Positions 18,683 to 29,029 of a stretch of DNA of 64,000 bases are shown here, piece after piece. This DNA comes from an uncultured virus (IMG/VR IMGVR_UViG_3300020049_007251) (lineage: Duplodnaviria; Heunggongvirae; Uroviricota; Caudoviricetes), in the IMG/VR virus record IMGVR_UViG_3300020049_007251; one strand, given 5' to 3'. The notes below the pieces were generated by a model. The model was not told where the DNA came from, searched no databases, and was given only the letters and a program-made list of their open reading frames with translations. The number at the start of each line of letters is the position of its first letter. Position 1 is the first letter of the stretch. A program made the position numbers and the translations under genes.

Positions 18683-19285
18683 CTAGATATTAACAATCGT
18701 GATACCTACGCCCATTGGTTTAGGTAGTATGTTGCCAAGAAAAGCACAAATTGTTCCAACGTTATGGTACGGATTTTGTAGATTATAAGTAATAGTATAA
18801 TCAAGGTTATCTACCACGTCTATTGCTCCTTCAAAGATCTCATATAAAGCTTCCTTAATAGTTTTCAAAGAAGTATAATTATTGTTAGCAATGATCTTAA
18901 TCTTTATTAGTGATAGTAATTCAAAGTCTGTAGTGGTATATGAAGTTGTAGTTTGCCAACGTGAAATATAGTAAGTATCTGTTGGAGTACTAAAGCGATT
19001 AAATCCAATACTAGCTGGAACTCCTGAGTACCTAGTAAAATTAAAAAATTCATGGGTAAGATCAAGGCCAAATATTTCTCTGGGAACTCCTACAATATTT
19101 CCTAAGATGGTTAGTTGTTGACCAGAAGCTGTGTCTAGATTAAAAGCATCTTGAAGAGAAAAGACTAATCCATCACAAGCAGCATTGTTCACTAGGCACT
19201 TAATGGTATCTTTTGCCTTAGGTAATTCGGCATATTGGATAATTAATTGATTTGCATAATAGTCTAGTGCTTCAGTTAGTGTCAT
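18683..19285 (-). CDS. Baseplate wedge protein (DUF2612-like)
   Basis: LIIQY...FNLDTASGQQL-x-ILG-x-IVG...LPKPMGV. Confidence 0.8.
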   Translation of the reverse strand: MTLTEALDYYANQLIIQYAELPKAKDTIKCLVNNAACDGLVFSLQDAFNLDTASGQQLTILGNIVGVPREIFGLDLTHEFFNFTRYSGVPASIGFNRFSTPTDTYYISRWQTTTSYTTTDFELLSLIKIKIIANNNYTSLKTIKEALYEIFEGAIDVVDNLDYTITYNLQNPYHNVGTICAFLGNILPKPMGVGITIVNI

Positions 19286-19289
19286 GGCT

Positions 19290-20465
19290 TTAGCTCAACG
19301 TTATTCTAGCGGTTGATAGAACAAATTTATTCTTTTTAGATAAGGGACTCAAAAGATTTACCCAGGTAACTCCATCATTAGAAACTCCTAATCCTGAGCA
19401 AACTACATCTGGGTTAATAGCTCTGATCTGTATATTTAGAGTTGAAACATCTGCTGGATCATAAATACCTAAAATGTAGTTAGTTACTAGAGCTTCTTTT
19501 ATTGCCGTCCGATCAATGGCTGAACCACTAATGGAAACTAGAGTTGCCTGTAGGTAAAGATTTTCATTTACTGCTGAATCATATTGCATAGTAATAGTTG
19601 AAAGATCTACTTGAGTAATAACGTAAGTTAAGGTTCCTTTCATCGGTATACCTAAGTTCCGATAAGTATAAATTGTTTCTCCAATTAGTGCTGCTGTACC
19701 TCCGTCAGTAACTACCCAAATGCCATGTGCTGGAATACCATCAGCATCTACTGCATTAGTAGTATTCTCATAAACTACAGCCTCAGTTACTCCTACCAGA
19801 GAATTTAGTCCTGAAAAGAGAGCCTTCAAAGAACTTTGTGCTGGGAAAGCAGTAGAAGCTTGTCGACGTAATCTGAAATTAGCATCCGTCTCTTGATTCG
19901 TACCTACTTGAGTAGGAACTGCTGGATTATTTACACTCACTACCCCGGCTACAATTGTTACTGGAGTAGTTAAAGTATTTGCCAATACCTGGATAAAACC
20001 AATTGCTGCTGATTGGAAACTAAGGCTAGTAGTTCCAGAAGAAAGAGAAGCTGAAGTAATAAGGTAGAATAAATTACCATTAGAGTCCTGTATAGTAAAG
20101 GGAGTGGAAGTATCAAGTCCGTTCAGGTTAACACTCTGGTTAGTTACCACATCGATGGCCACTTGTGTATAAGTTCCCGGCTTCCTTGTCAATCCTGAAA
20201 TTTGAGCAATACGGTCTAATGATACTCCCACAGCTTGATCTGGATCCATGGAATTATAGATAGCTACACAGAGATTTAAAATATCCATTTTTGAAAGAGC
20301 ATAGATATTAATCATTTGTCCATCTGGTGAATTTGAGGCCACGTTAATATCAGCCCCGTAAATCTGAATCAAACCGGGAGTATCTGAAGTACCATTAGTG
20401 ATATTTGCTACAATTTGTTCAAAGGTTTCAATTTGAATTCCAGCTGCTGTTATTTGATTAGACAT
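19290..20465 (-). CDS. Baseplate J-like protein
   Basis: SPDGQ, DPDQAVG-x-x-LD, GTNQETD-x-x-FR-x-R, YEN-x-T...G-x-PAH. Confidence 0.85.
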   Translation of the reverse strand: MSNQITAAGIQIETFEQIVANITNGTSDTPGLIQIYGADINVASNSPDGQMINIYALSKMDILNLCVAIYNSMDPDQAVGVSLDRIAQISGLTRKPGTYTQVAIDVVTNQSVNLNGLDTSTPFTIQDSNGNLFYLITSASLSSGTTSLSFQSAAIGFIQVLANTLTTPVTIVAGVVSVNNPAVPTQVGTNQETDANFRLRRQASTAFPAQSSLKALFSGLNSLVGVTEAVVYENTTNAVDADGIPAHGIWVVTDGGTAALIGETIYTYRNLGIPMKGTLTYVITQVDLSTITMQYDSAVNENLYLQATLVSISGSAIDRTAIKEALVTNYILGIYDPADVSTLNIQIRAINPDVVCSGLGVSNDGVTWVNLLSPLSKKNKFVLSTARITLS

Positions 20466-20823
20466 TTGGGACTACCTCTAAGGTTTGGGTATAATTTTGA
20501 GTATAGATAGTATTTATGTTGTAAGTCAGAGTTGCTCTACGATTAGAATTAGTAGAATTTAGTGTTAAGCTATTCACACTTACAACTCCATAAGATTGAA
20601 GTATTATAGCTCTGACATTTAATAGGATTTGCTGATCACTATTAGGAGTACCTAAAAGAGTGAACCACTCAATACCAGCTGACATATCAAAAAAGCAATT
20701 ACCAAAAAAGGATAGTATTCTCGTCTGGATATTCTCAGCAATAGCTAATTGGGCTGATAGATAGTTCTCTTTACCCTTACCAAATGTCCAATCGTGATTT
20801 ATATCTAATGCTCTAATGATCAT
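20458..20823 (-). CDS. Baseplate wedge/sheath initiator (gp25-like)
   Basis: RALD...DWTFG-x-G...I-x-TR...F-x-G...G pattern and synteny. Confidence 0.75.
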   Translation of the reverse strand: MIIRALDINHDWTFGKGKENYLSAQLAIAENIQTRILSFFGNCFFDMSAGIEWFTLLGTPNSDQQILLNVRAIILQSYGVVSVNSLTLNSTNSNRRATLTYNINTIYTQNYTQTLEVVPNV

Positions 20824-21848
20824 ATTTTTATAATCCAATTAACCATCTTTGTAGGTTGAACGTTCTGGTGAGGTGTGTCACTACCTTGAGGAGCTACTGT
20901 AACGTTTATAAGACTATTGATTAATTGAGCTTGAACTGCTGCATCAGCACCACCAGCAGCTGAGGAGTCATTTCTAGTATTAGCAGTACTACCGGGGTGA
21001 TCATGTTCTGGCATCTCTGGAATACTAAGTTGGTGGGCTTCTTCTCCAGTATTACCACCTAAGGTATTTCTGTTAGGGTTGTAGGCATTAGTTAAAACAT
21101 TAGCATTGGAACCACCCATATTATCAAGGCCAGCTACTGTACGGCCTCTTAAGTCTGGTACATTAAAGGTAGTTGATCCATCTCCAGAACCATAGGTTGT
21201 GCCTATAATGGCAAAGAGCGTAGCATAGGTAGTACGGCTGATAGCTTGACCATAGCACAATAACCAGCCTGAGGGAGCAGTTGATCCTGCATAAGGCTGA
21301 AGGAATCCAGCTTGATTTAGTCTTTCCCCGGTTAAGTCATTTACTGTTACTAGGCCAGTTGGAAAGTTTAGCTGTACTTGAGTAGTTGAATATCCTACTA
21401 ATGACTGCTGTAGGTTTCTTATACCTACTAAAGCAACAGCATCATTTATATCATGTAATCTTTCAGAGTTTGGTGGAACTACCTGTCCAGTAGCAAACCA
21501 GATATCCATATCACGATCACAAAATAATAAAATACAAGTATCTCCTGGAGTAATCGGGAAGGTTAAATATCCACCTCCTCCATTCATAAAGGCTACTGGT
21601 ACATTTACTAAAGTGGGATAATTAATAACCATATCTGAAACTTCACCAACAATACTAGTAGGGTTTACTCCTTTTATTACCTTCTGGAAATTAACCGAGA
21701 CTATTGCCGTTTGATTAGTGGCATTAAAAGAGATGATCGTCCCCATAGTCAAGCAATTAATTCTTGCTGAAATGTCATTCATTCTTCTAGAAAGAAACTC
21801 AGTTAAGTCTGGTACTATATACCTATTATTTGAAATATTATCTGTCAT
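20820..21848 (-). CDS. Central spike (Gp138-like N-terminus) fused to a tail-collar domain
   Basis: VPV-x-F...GG...TFP...GD-x-C-x-x-x-F-x-DRD...R-x-H-x-x-x-D, then PSGWLLCYG...FNVPDLRG, PEHDH, HQNVQP. Confidence 0.8.
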   Translation of the reverse strand: MTDNISNNRYIVPDLTEFLSRRMNDISARINCLTMGTIISFNATNQTAIVSVNFQKVIKGVNPTSIVGEVSDMVINYPTLVNVPVAFMNGGGGYLTFPITPGDTCILLFCDRDMDIWFATGQVVPPNSERLHDINDAVALVGIRNLQQSLVGYSTTQVQLNFPTGLVTVNDLTGERLNQAGFLQPYAGSTAPSGWLLCYGQAISRTTYATLFAIIGTTYGSGDGSTTFNVPDLRGRTVAGLDNMGGSNANVLTNAYNPNRNTLGGNTGEEAHQLSIPEMPEHDHPGSTANTRNDSSAAGGADAAVQAQLINSLINVTVAPQGSDTPHQNVQPTKMVNWIIKI

Positions 21849-22786
21849 AATCCAAACCTTGCCACAAAGGGAGTTCCAATAAGTTGCATAGTTATTAGCG
21901 TCTTACATTTACCACTTACAGCTGAAGAAATTACTCCGGCATGTTGAACTCCTGTAACCTTATAGGTTCCATTCTGAGAGCTATTAAAAGACTTATCTAA
22001 ATTTGTATCTAGGTAAATCTGTTGTCCAGGAATAATAGAAGGTTCAAATACCATTTCGGCTACTAGATTACTTTGGTATCTGCGAGGACTACCCAGCAGC
22101 CCAGTCTCAGAAGATACCAAATTAACATCACCTTCAAATACATAATTGTTAGGTAGGCAATAGATTTTTCCATTATCAATATATGAAAGCCTATTAGTTT
22201 CTACCTGTAGTAGATTCCAGGTATAATCATTGGCGGTATAGGTATAACGATTAGCTAAGAAGCCACCTACTACCCCTGTTGAAAGGGTTTTACCATACTT
22301 AGTAGCAGTAAGTTTAAGGTCATCTATCAGCCTATTAATTATTCCTTCTTGATTTACTGGATTGCTATTGTCCCCTATAGTCCAATGAGAGAAGCTATTA
22401 GACATGATTAATGAGTAGTCTTGTGCTTCAATCTCAGTAATAAAATCTGTACCTCCCTCTTCCCGACATGAGGATATAGATAAAGCAATGCCATTAAATA
22501 TGGTAGAGAGAGGAGTATTTAAGTACCCAGCTTTTACTATTAGTGTAGGCAATCTTCCAGTATCAAACCAATCCTTATAAATCTGTGATCTAATACTGGA
22601 ATTTAGATTACGAATACGAAAGGTACCTGATTGAGCAGAAGCTAAAACATCACGTCTTACAGAAAATTCCATAGTTAGAAGGCTTTCACCATTCTCGGAA
22701 CCTATATTGAAAAGGGTACCATCTATGCCTTGAATTTGCATAGTGTAGGTTCTCTGGAATTTATTTGTGCTAGTAATTAATGGCAT
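21845..22786 (-). CDS. Baseplate hub protein
   Basis: I-x-NL, KAGY, IF-x-G, TGLLGSP, G-x-YKV...H-x-G motifs and synteny. Confidence 0.75.
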   Translation of the reverse strand: MPLITSTNKFQRTYTMQIQGIDGTLFNIGSENGESLLTMEFSVRRDVLASAQSGTFRIRNLNSSIRSQIYKDWFDTGRLPTLIVKAGYLNTPLSTIFNGIALSISSCREEGGTDFITEIEAQDYSLIMSNSFSHWTIGDNSNPVNQEGIINRLIDDLKLTATKYGKTLSTGVVGGFLANRYTYTANDYTWNLLQVETNRLSYIDNGKIYCLPNNYVFEGDVNLVSSETGLLGSPRRYQSNLVAEMVFEPSIIPGQQIYLDTNLDKSFNSSQNGTYKVTGVQHAGVISSAVSGKCKTLITMQLIGTPFVARFGL

Positions 22787-23157
22787 TAGTTTAAGGGATA
22801 GCCTACAAAGTTTGGTAAAGTTATTGTTATTAAAGTCTCAGTCTCAACTAAATCCAGTTCATTTAAAATATATAATGCTGCTCTACCATCTACGAAATCA
22901 CTTTGGTATATTGGTTCATAACCATCTACGACTAAGCAGGCTAATCCAAATGGGATAATGTCTCTGAACTGTCTTAGCATATTAGGTGAATTAACTATCC
23001 TACGATTATTAACTACAAAGTCATTGTAGGTTAGGGAGTAAAACCATCCCAGCTGATTGGGGCAATAGCTTAGAGTAATATTAACCCTGGTCCCATCATC
23101 TAGCAAGATGGCCAATACTTGATTTGCATCATTAGTTAAAGAGGTTATCTGCTTCAT
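22786..23157 (-). CDS. Baseplate protein
   Basis: Synteny between tube initiator and hub. Confidence 0.6.
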   Translation of the reverse strand: MKQITSLTNDANQVLAILLDDGTRVNITLSYCPNQLGWFYSLTYNDFVVNNRRIVNSPNMLRQFRDIIPFGLACLVVDGYEPIYQSDFVDGRAALYILNELDLVETETLITITLPNFVGYPLN

Positions 23158-23160
23158 AGA

Positions 23161-24051
23161 CTAATACTCATTTGGGGCACCGGCTTGTTGAATATAGAGA
23201 TTTTGAGAAGTATTTGCTACTGAAATTAAATTGCCATTTGAGTCATTGGACTTCCCAGGATCTGTGCCTAAACTTACAGGTTGAGAAGTCATTTGTTCAA
23301 AGCGTCCGCCTGCCTCACGAGGTAAATTAGAAATAGACCCAAGGTTCTGAGCTACTATAGAACTGGTATTGCCAGAGAAGACTGTAGTAGAAGTCGTTTG
23401 TATTTGTTTAAAGGTAACTACAAATTCACTAATAAGGTTAGTATCCCCAGATTGATAGGCACGAACTGATTCTATGGCCATGTTCTCAAATACTGCAAAT
23501 GGAGTTTCTACTGAGCACAGTTGTCTAGTTTTCCACATATTGTAGAAGAACTGATATACAGTTTGTTGCTTATTAGTTGTAGTAGAGGATTGATCAAATA
23601 GTTGAAATACGTTCTTTACCTGCTTTAGAACATTAGTGCCTAACTGAACTACATCATTTACCTTAGCATAGAATTGAGCATCCTGGATATTGAATTGAGG
23701 AGTTAGTCCACCCAAAGTAGAAAGACCAGTTACCTGGGTAAAGATACTAGCTAAAGAATTTGGTATGGTATCTACTTGTTCGCCTACTAATCCCTTAAGA
23801 GAAAACCTAACCGGCCTTAGTGCTATGTGGTCTTGTATAGCATAATTCTGTTCTACATAGTGATCAGTAATATCTGAGTCTAAGCTTATTTCTTCATCAT
23901 CAAGTATGTCCATTACAAACCCAGAAACTCCTACAACATTGGGCATTCCTAGTGGCCTAACTATAGCTTGATTCACTACTGAAGAAAGTAGATTAGCAGC
24001 ATTCTGAACTAAGTTTGGTTTCTTTGAAGCAAAGTTTAAGTTTAGGCTCAT
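23161..24051 (-). CDS. Tail tube initiator/distal tail-like protein
   Basis: SDITDHYVE...IQDH...P...NM-x-IES; follows tape measure. Confidence 0.7.
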   Translation of the reverse strand: MSLNLNFASKKPNLVQNAANLLSSVVNQAIVRPLGMPNVVGVSGFVMDILDDEEISLDSDITDHYVEQNYAIQDHIALRPVRFSLKGLVGEQVDTIPNSLASIFTQVTGLSTLGGLTPQFNIQDAQFYAKVNDVVQLGTNVLKQVKNVFQLFDQSSTTTNKQQTVYQFFYNMWKTRQLCSVETPFAVFENMAIESVRAYQSGDTNLISEFVVTFKQIQTTSTTVFSGNTSSIVAQNLGSISNLPREAGGRFEQMTSQPVSLGTDPGKSNDSNGNLISVANTSQNLYIQQAGAPNEY

Positions 24052-25088
24052 CGTTGTTGTCCGAATTGAATGTCAGCGTTAGAAAGATATTTTTTAAATA
24101 CCGAATCAAATTTAGTTACAAACTCTTCGGGATTATTAGCATTGACGTGAACAGTAACATTATTTGTTTGTTTCATACTTTGACCAGCGGGAGAATTAGC
24201 TGGAACTGGATTCAAGAACCTATTGAACTTATCTCTCTTACTCAGTATGGAATTATTAAAATCTGCTGCAGCTGCTTTAGTAAAAGTACCAATTATTTTT
24301 AGTCTCTCAATAAAGCCACCGAGAACTTGAAATTTATTTTCTAGGATTACTACAGCATCTACAATCTTTAATACTTCAATAGCTATAGGAGTAAGGTTAG
24401 TAACTACCTTTTGTATTTCTACATTTAGGTCATTCATTGATGCAACCCATTTCTCATGGACTTCAGCATTGAGCCTAATCTCTTCCTCATTTAAGGCTAA
24501 GATCTTACTCATCTCTCTCCACTTTTCATTTGATTGATCTAGGCCTCTTAACATACTAGAAGGAATACCAAATTGGTTGGCTATCATATCTTTCCAGGCT
24601 GCTCTCATTTCTTGAAGAGATTGTGCACCTTGAGCAAATGATCCAGCCCAATTCTTAAGGAAAGAAGTATCACTAAACTTTTCATGAATTTGATCAAGGA
24701 GTTTCAAAGTATCAGTAGTGGGTAATAAGCCAGTTAAAATAAAAGCCTGAGGATCTCCTTTACCCTGTAAAACTTCTAGTCTTAGTTTATTCAAATTATA
24801 AAGTGCTTGTTGAGCTTCACCTGCACTAGCACCAAATTTTTGAAAGTAAACATCAAGTTGCTGTAGTCTAACTGGGTCTAATCCCGTAGCTTGTTTTAGG
24901 TTTAATAGTGCTACTGAAGCTTTACTAGCTGCTCCCATTACATCAACTATCTTTAGTCCTAAAGCAGTTAATGATGTAGCACCAATAATAGAAGAGAGGT
25001 TAAGGTCACCGAGTAACTTACCTACTTCTCTTAATTTAATAGAATCAAATTTAAAACCAACCTCTGCGAATAATTCTGCTACTTTCAT
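24048..25088 (-). CDS. Tape measure protein (short, 346 aa)
   Basis: Helical, follows tube and chaperone genes. Confidence 0.7.
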   Translation of the reverse strand: MKVAELFAEVGFKFDSIKLREVGKLLGDLNLSSIIGATSLTALGLKIVDVMGAASKASVALLNLKQATGLDPVRLQQLDVYFQKFGASAGEAQQALYNLNKLRLEVLQGKGDPQAFILTGLLPTTDTLKLLDQIHEKFSDTSFLKNWAGSFAQGAQSLQEMRAAWKDMIANQFGIPSSMLRGLDQSNEKWREMSKILALNEEEIRLNAEVHEKWVASMNDLNVEIQKVVTNLTPIAIEVLKIVDAVVILENKFQVLGGFIERLKIIGTFTKAAAADFNNSILSKRDKFNRFLNPVPANSPAGQSMKQTNNVTVHVNANNPEEFVTKFDSVFKKYLSNADIQFGQQR

Positions 25089-25638
25089 TTTTGGTCCTTA
25101 TTTAATTCCATAGTGGCACTTTCTAAATCCTGAATAAAGTTATCATATTCCCAAGCTGCTAAAACCATTTCAGATGGTAACTCCATTAATTCTTTAATAC
25201 TGCCATATCCATTTTTACTTAACCTAAGCACAATAACTATTGATTCGTCAACATGTATTTCTACTCTAGGATATTTATATCTTTTCGGAATATGGCTGTT
25301 GACAATGAACCTAGGTTTTTTGAGAAAGGGACGAGGTTAAAACCAAGTACCTCCTTCATGACTTCTAAAAAGTCACATCTTATTTTTGCGTCTTCAAATA
25401 GTTCCTGATTTACCTTTAAGCCATCATATGTTGCTCTGGCCATGCAAGGCCATAAAGCTTGTTCAATTGCCTCACTGGAAACTAATTGCATGGATAGCTT
25501 TTGAACTGTATCTTCAGCTAGATCAATACTTTGTAATTCTTTTGTTACCGCTTTGAATAGACGGTGTCCTTCCGGAAAAGACGCTAGGCTGATGGTCAAT
25601 TCCGCTCCGGACTCGAGTGTCTTTTTAAATGGTTCCAT
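25085..25638 (-). CDS. Tail assembly chaperone G (25261-25638) and predicted -1 frameshift product GT
   Basis: A-AAA-AAC heptamer at 25321-25315; the -1 frame stays open to a TGA overlapping the tape-measure ATG. Confidence 0.75.
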
Positions 25639-25642
25639 GGGC

Positions 25643-26098
25643 TTAACCTATCGCTCTGGGCGCATTGCTAAATAATAGACGCCATTCGGAAACTGATTGA
25701 TTGGTATCACCATCAGAATTTTCCATGGCCTTGACTGCTCCCTTAAATACTCCACCTGACATAACATAAGTGACCGACTTAATATTACCAGCTCCATCAC
25801 CAACATTCTTAACGAAGGTACCAGCCATTAAAGCAAAGCCAGCAAAGTTAGCCTGCATGTTTAATAAAAGATTATTTAAGAAAATATCATCTGAAGAGCC
25901 TAAGATTAGTCTTAAATTTACTCCTGATTGTTTTCCAGTATTGTTAAGGCCATAAATTGTATTACCATTCTTTCCAGTTTTCATTTGAACTACATCATTT
26001 GGGAAATCAATTTCTGCTACTATACCATCGGCAAAGTCATTAAAGTTTCGACCGTTGATAGTAATAGTATCTTTACCAGTCATTGCTACAATTGACAT
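25643..26098 (-). CDS. Tail tube protein (DUF3277-like)
   Basis: 151 aa directly after sheath. Confidence 0.75.
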   Translation of the reverse strand: MSIVAMTGKDTITINGRNFNDFADGIVAEIDFPNDVVQMKTGKNGNTIYGLNNTGKQSGVNLRLILGSSDDIFLNNLLLNMQANFAGFALMAGTFVKNVGDGAGNIKSVTYVMSGGVFKGAVKAMENSDGDTNQSVSEWRLLFSNAPRAIG

Positions 26099-26118
26099 TA
26101 TCGTCTCCTTCTTTAGAA

Positions 26119-27483
26119 TTACGGATTAACATATACGTTGATAACACTGGATTGAATAGCTCCAGCTTCTTTAACTGCTATCTGAACTAGTGGTGCTTGA
26201 CGTGCTGCACGAGCTGCTACTGTTTGTAGGTTAATAGGAGCTGAATAAATATAGTATCCCTTTGAAAGAATATTATTTAGGAAGTCAGCCTGATTACCAA
26301 AAGTATCTACCGCTGTCCAAGTACCAGGAGCAAGATACCCATTAGCAACTGCCTGTTCACAAATTTGTTTTAATGCTCCTTTATAAAGATTCATTCCACT
26401 ATCAGTTTGAGGAATCTTAGTCGATACGGTAGCTAAAGCATTATACCCAGCTACTTGAAGAGCTAAGACAAACCAGATAAGATTGAATACTTGATCTGCA
26501 TATTTATTCGTACCATTTGAGATAGTAGCCGGCACATTGGCATAGGAGCCATATACATCAACCCCAGCTGTAGCACATAAGGCAGCTACTGTAGTACTAA
26601 TACCACTATCAGCTGTAACTCCTGAGAGCTGCTTAAGGTTCATAGTAATAGCAGTAAATGATCCAGTGAAGTCTACAGATAAGAGTCTAGCTGCATAGGA
26701 CGCTGCAAATAGTCTTGATTGTAAAGCAGTACCTGAGTAATATAGGCACCGAGTATAGTAATTAGTGGCATCTTTAATAGTAGTAAATACCCCTGGAATA
26801 TCAGTAAGAGCATTAGAGGGTAAGAATAAAAGCTTATTACCATAGGACTGAACTGCTGTAGCTAATGCCGCCCAGGTAGAATTTAGTCCATAAGCTGTTG
26901 AGATAATACCACAGAAGTAAACCATTTCAGATACCCGAGCAATGGCTTGAGTTAATGTTTCTGTAGTAACTGAAGCAATAGTAATAGTACATCCACCACC
27001 CGTACCACCAGTAGTAGCTAAGCCAGCTGCTGCTGAGTAGCCAGCACCACCTGAAACTAAGGTAACTCCTGTAACTGCTCCTGCATATACTGTAGTAACC
27101 CTAACTACCCCACCATAAGCTGATCCTTGAACTACATTAAGAAGATCACCAATTACATAGCCAGTTCCAGCTGCTCCAATACTAATAGCATTAATAGCAC
27201 TATTAACAAAACTCGGAAAGATAATTAGAGTACCACCACCTGCTAGAATATTAGGCTGCTGAGAAAATACCGCTACTGCCTGTTGATAGGTTTCTGTAGT
27301 TGTACCAAAATCTACTCCTACTTGTTGGGCAGAAGTATAGACACGATAAGTATCAAGACTCGGATTGCTTAGAAAAGCATCACTGGTAAATAAAGCTAAG
27401 TTATTAACATTGAATGCTCCCACCCCAGTAGGTGGAAAAAAGACATTCACAGAAATTACGTTACTTAGTGGAAGTGTAGACAT
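26119..27483 (-). CDS. Tail sheath protein (DUF3383-like)
   Basis: ITMNLKQL-x-G, KIPQTD-x-G, NGYLAPG-x-W, GYYIY, AGAI motifs. Confidence 0.85.
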   Translation of the reverse strand: MSTLPLSNVISVNVFFPPTGVGAFNVNNLALFTSDAFLSNPSLDTYRVYTSAQQVGVDFGTTTETYQQAVAVFSQQPNILAGGGTLIIFPSFVNSAINAISIGAAGTGYVIGDLLNVVQGSAYGGVVRVTTVYAGAVTGVTLVSGGAGYSAAAGLATTGGTGGGCTITIASVTTETLTQAIARVSEMVYFCGIISTAYGLNSTWAALATAVQSYGNKLLFLPSNALTDIPGVFTTIKDATNYYTRCLYYSGTALQSRLFAASYAARLLSVDFTGSFTAITMNLKQLSGVTADSGISTTVAALCATAGVDVYGSYANVPATISNGTNKYADQVFNLIWFVLALQVAGYNALATVSTKIPQTDSGMNLYKGALKQICEQAVANGYLAPGTWTAVDTFGNQADFLNNILSKGYYIYSAPINLQTVAARAARQAPLVQIAVKEAGAIQSSVINVYVNP

Positions 27484-27496
27484 TCATTATGCTCCT

Positions 27497-28069
27497 TTAT
27501 GTTGGTTGAGTTAATATCTGAGTAAATTGGTTTGTCATTTTTCCAACTCCTGGATCATTAGCAGTAACTCTCACTAGGAATGGAGGTGAAATATATTTAG
27601 CTGTAATAATCTTTTGATACCAAGCAAATATAGTTAAATTAATATCATATCTTTTCAGCATTGCAGCACCCTCTAAGCTAGAAAGATCATCTATAGAACC
27701 AACTCTTGCTATTTTGAATGCATAAGACTCCTGGATAAATTGAGCATATTGTGACATGATCGCCATTAAGACTTCTTCTTTTCTTTGCATAGCTGAGCGG
27801 TCTCTTGAGAAAACTCCTACCGTAATGTTCTCAAGCATATTCACATCCTGCTCTTCTATGGGATCTCCACCGGTAGAGATAAAGGTATTACGATTAGCTA
27901 TGCACCTAGCATTACGATATTCTAGAGTAATGAATAGATCTTCATAAGCTGGGATCTTCCATTTTTCATCATAAATATTAACCCGATCACCTTCTAGGCC
28001 CATTTGATTAATTAGAATCAGGCGTAAAAGGTCAAGAGAAGTTTGTGGTATACCATCAGATCTAATCAT
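27497..28069 (-). CDS. Tail terminator/neck protein
   Basis: Synteny; RYDINL motif. Confidence 0.6.
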   Translation of the reverse strand: MIRSDGIPQTSLDLLRLILINQMGLEGDRVNIYDEKWKIPAYEDLFITLEYRNARCIANRNTFISTGGDPIEEQDVNMLENITVGVFSRDRSAMQRKEEVLMAIMSQYAQFIQESYAFKIARVGSIDDLSSLEGAAMLKRYDINLTIFAWYQKIITAKYISPPFLVRVTANDPGVGKMTNQFTQILTQPT

Positions 28070-28473
28070 AGGACATTAGGTAATGGGTTATAAATTTTAG
28101 TATAATCTTGGACAACTGAGTATTTATTATAGCCATACTCTGACCACTCCTCAGTAGTCACTACTCGATACTGTATTCCTTGAAATAAAAATAAGTCATC
28201 AGCCTCTAGGTTAATATCATTTAAAAGGTATATTTCAACTGAGTCCCAGATTCTTTCACCGGTCTTTGATATAACTAGTTGATTGGAGGTTTGAATACGT
28301 ACGCCTTTAGTCTTTATCCTGCTGGAAATAATAGTTTGAGTATATCCATTAATCTGTGTAGCTTTAATTATGCCTACAGCTACTGGTTGAAATAAGTTCA
28401 TCACAGCAGGTGAGACATCAGGTAGTCCAGCAGATGATTGTCCAAAAGCTTTGTCTTTACCATTCTTAATCAT
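28066..28473 (-). CDS. Head closure protein
   Basis: GER-x-W...G-x-x-YRV...W-x-x-YGY; synteny. Confidence 0.65.
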   Translation of the reverse strand: MIKNGKDKAFGQSSAGLPDVSPAVMNLFQPVAVGIIKATQINGYTQTIISSRIKTKGVRIQTSNQLVISKTGERIWDSVEIYLLNDINLEADDLFLFQGIQYRVVTTEEWSEYGYNKYSVVQDYTKIYNPLPNVL

Positions 28474-29021
28474 TTACTTACAACCTCAGAGGTAACAGAT
28501 TTTTTAAGTTGTGCTGTATCTACTAGAATACGGTCTGATCCTTTAGCGTTAATGGTAGACTGCTTAAGGGCTTTCCACTTCCCAAAACCATTAGTCTCAA
28601 AGCCCTTTAAAATTATTTGCTCACAAACAAGCCCTAGGTGTTGAAAAGCTAATTTAGGTTGATTGACTAACATATTAGAAATTACTTCAGGCCCTAGCTT
28701 CTTAAAGTATTCATTTAGGTGATCCTGTAGTGGTACTTCAAGCCATGAACGTCTGGGTAAATTCTTTGACTTAATACCCTTTTCATGAGCTAGACCAATC
28801 TCAGCATTAGTAGTAGGTGAGTCATTTTTACCCTTCTTGTGACCGCCTCCTTTAGCTAATGCACCTGTTTCCTTTCTTTGATGGACTTGTGTAGCATCTC
28901 CTCCAAGGATACCAACCTTAACTGTATACTGAGAATTGATATTTTTTATCAAGGATTTAAGACCAGTTAGATCTAGTTTAACTGAACTTGAATTTCCAAT
29001 TTTGGTAACCTTGGAGCTCAT
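28470..29021 (-). CDS. Neck/virion morphogenesis protein
   Basis: VKVG, HE-x-G, P-x-RS-x-L, L-x-x-STI-x-x-KGS...L-x-DT-x-QL. Confidence 0.75.
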   Translation of the reverse strand: MSSKVTKIGNSSSVKLDLTGLKSLIKNINSQYTVKVGILGGDATQVHQRKETGALAKGGGHKKGKNDSPTTNAEIGLAHEKGIKSKNLPRRSWLEVPLQDHLNEYFKKLGPEVISNMLVNQPKLAFQHLGLVCEQIILKGFETNGFGKWKALKQSTINAKGSDRILVDTAQLKKSVTSEVVSK

Positions 29022-29029
29022 ATTAATCC

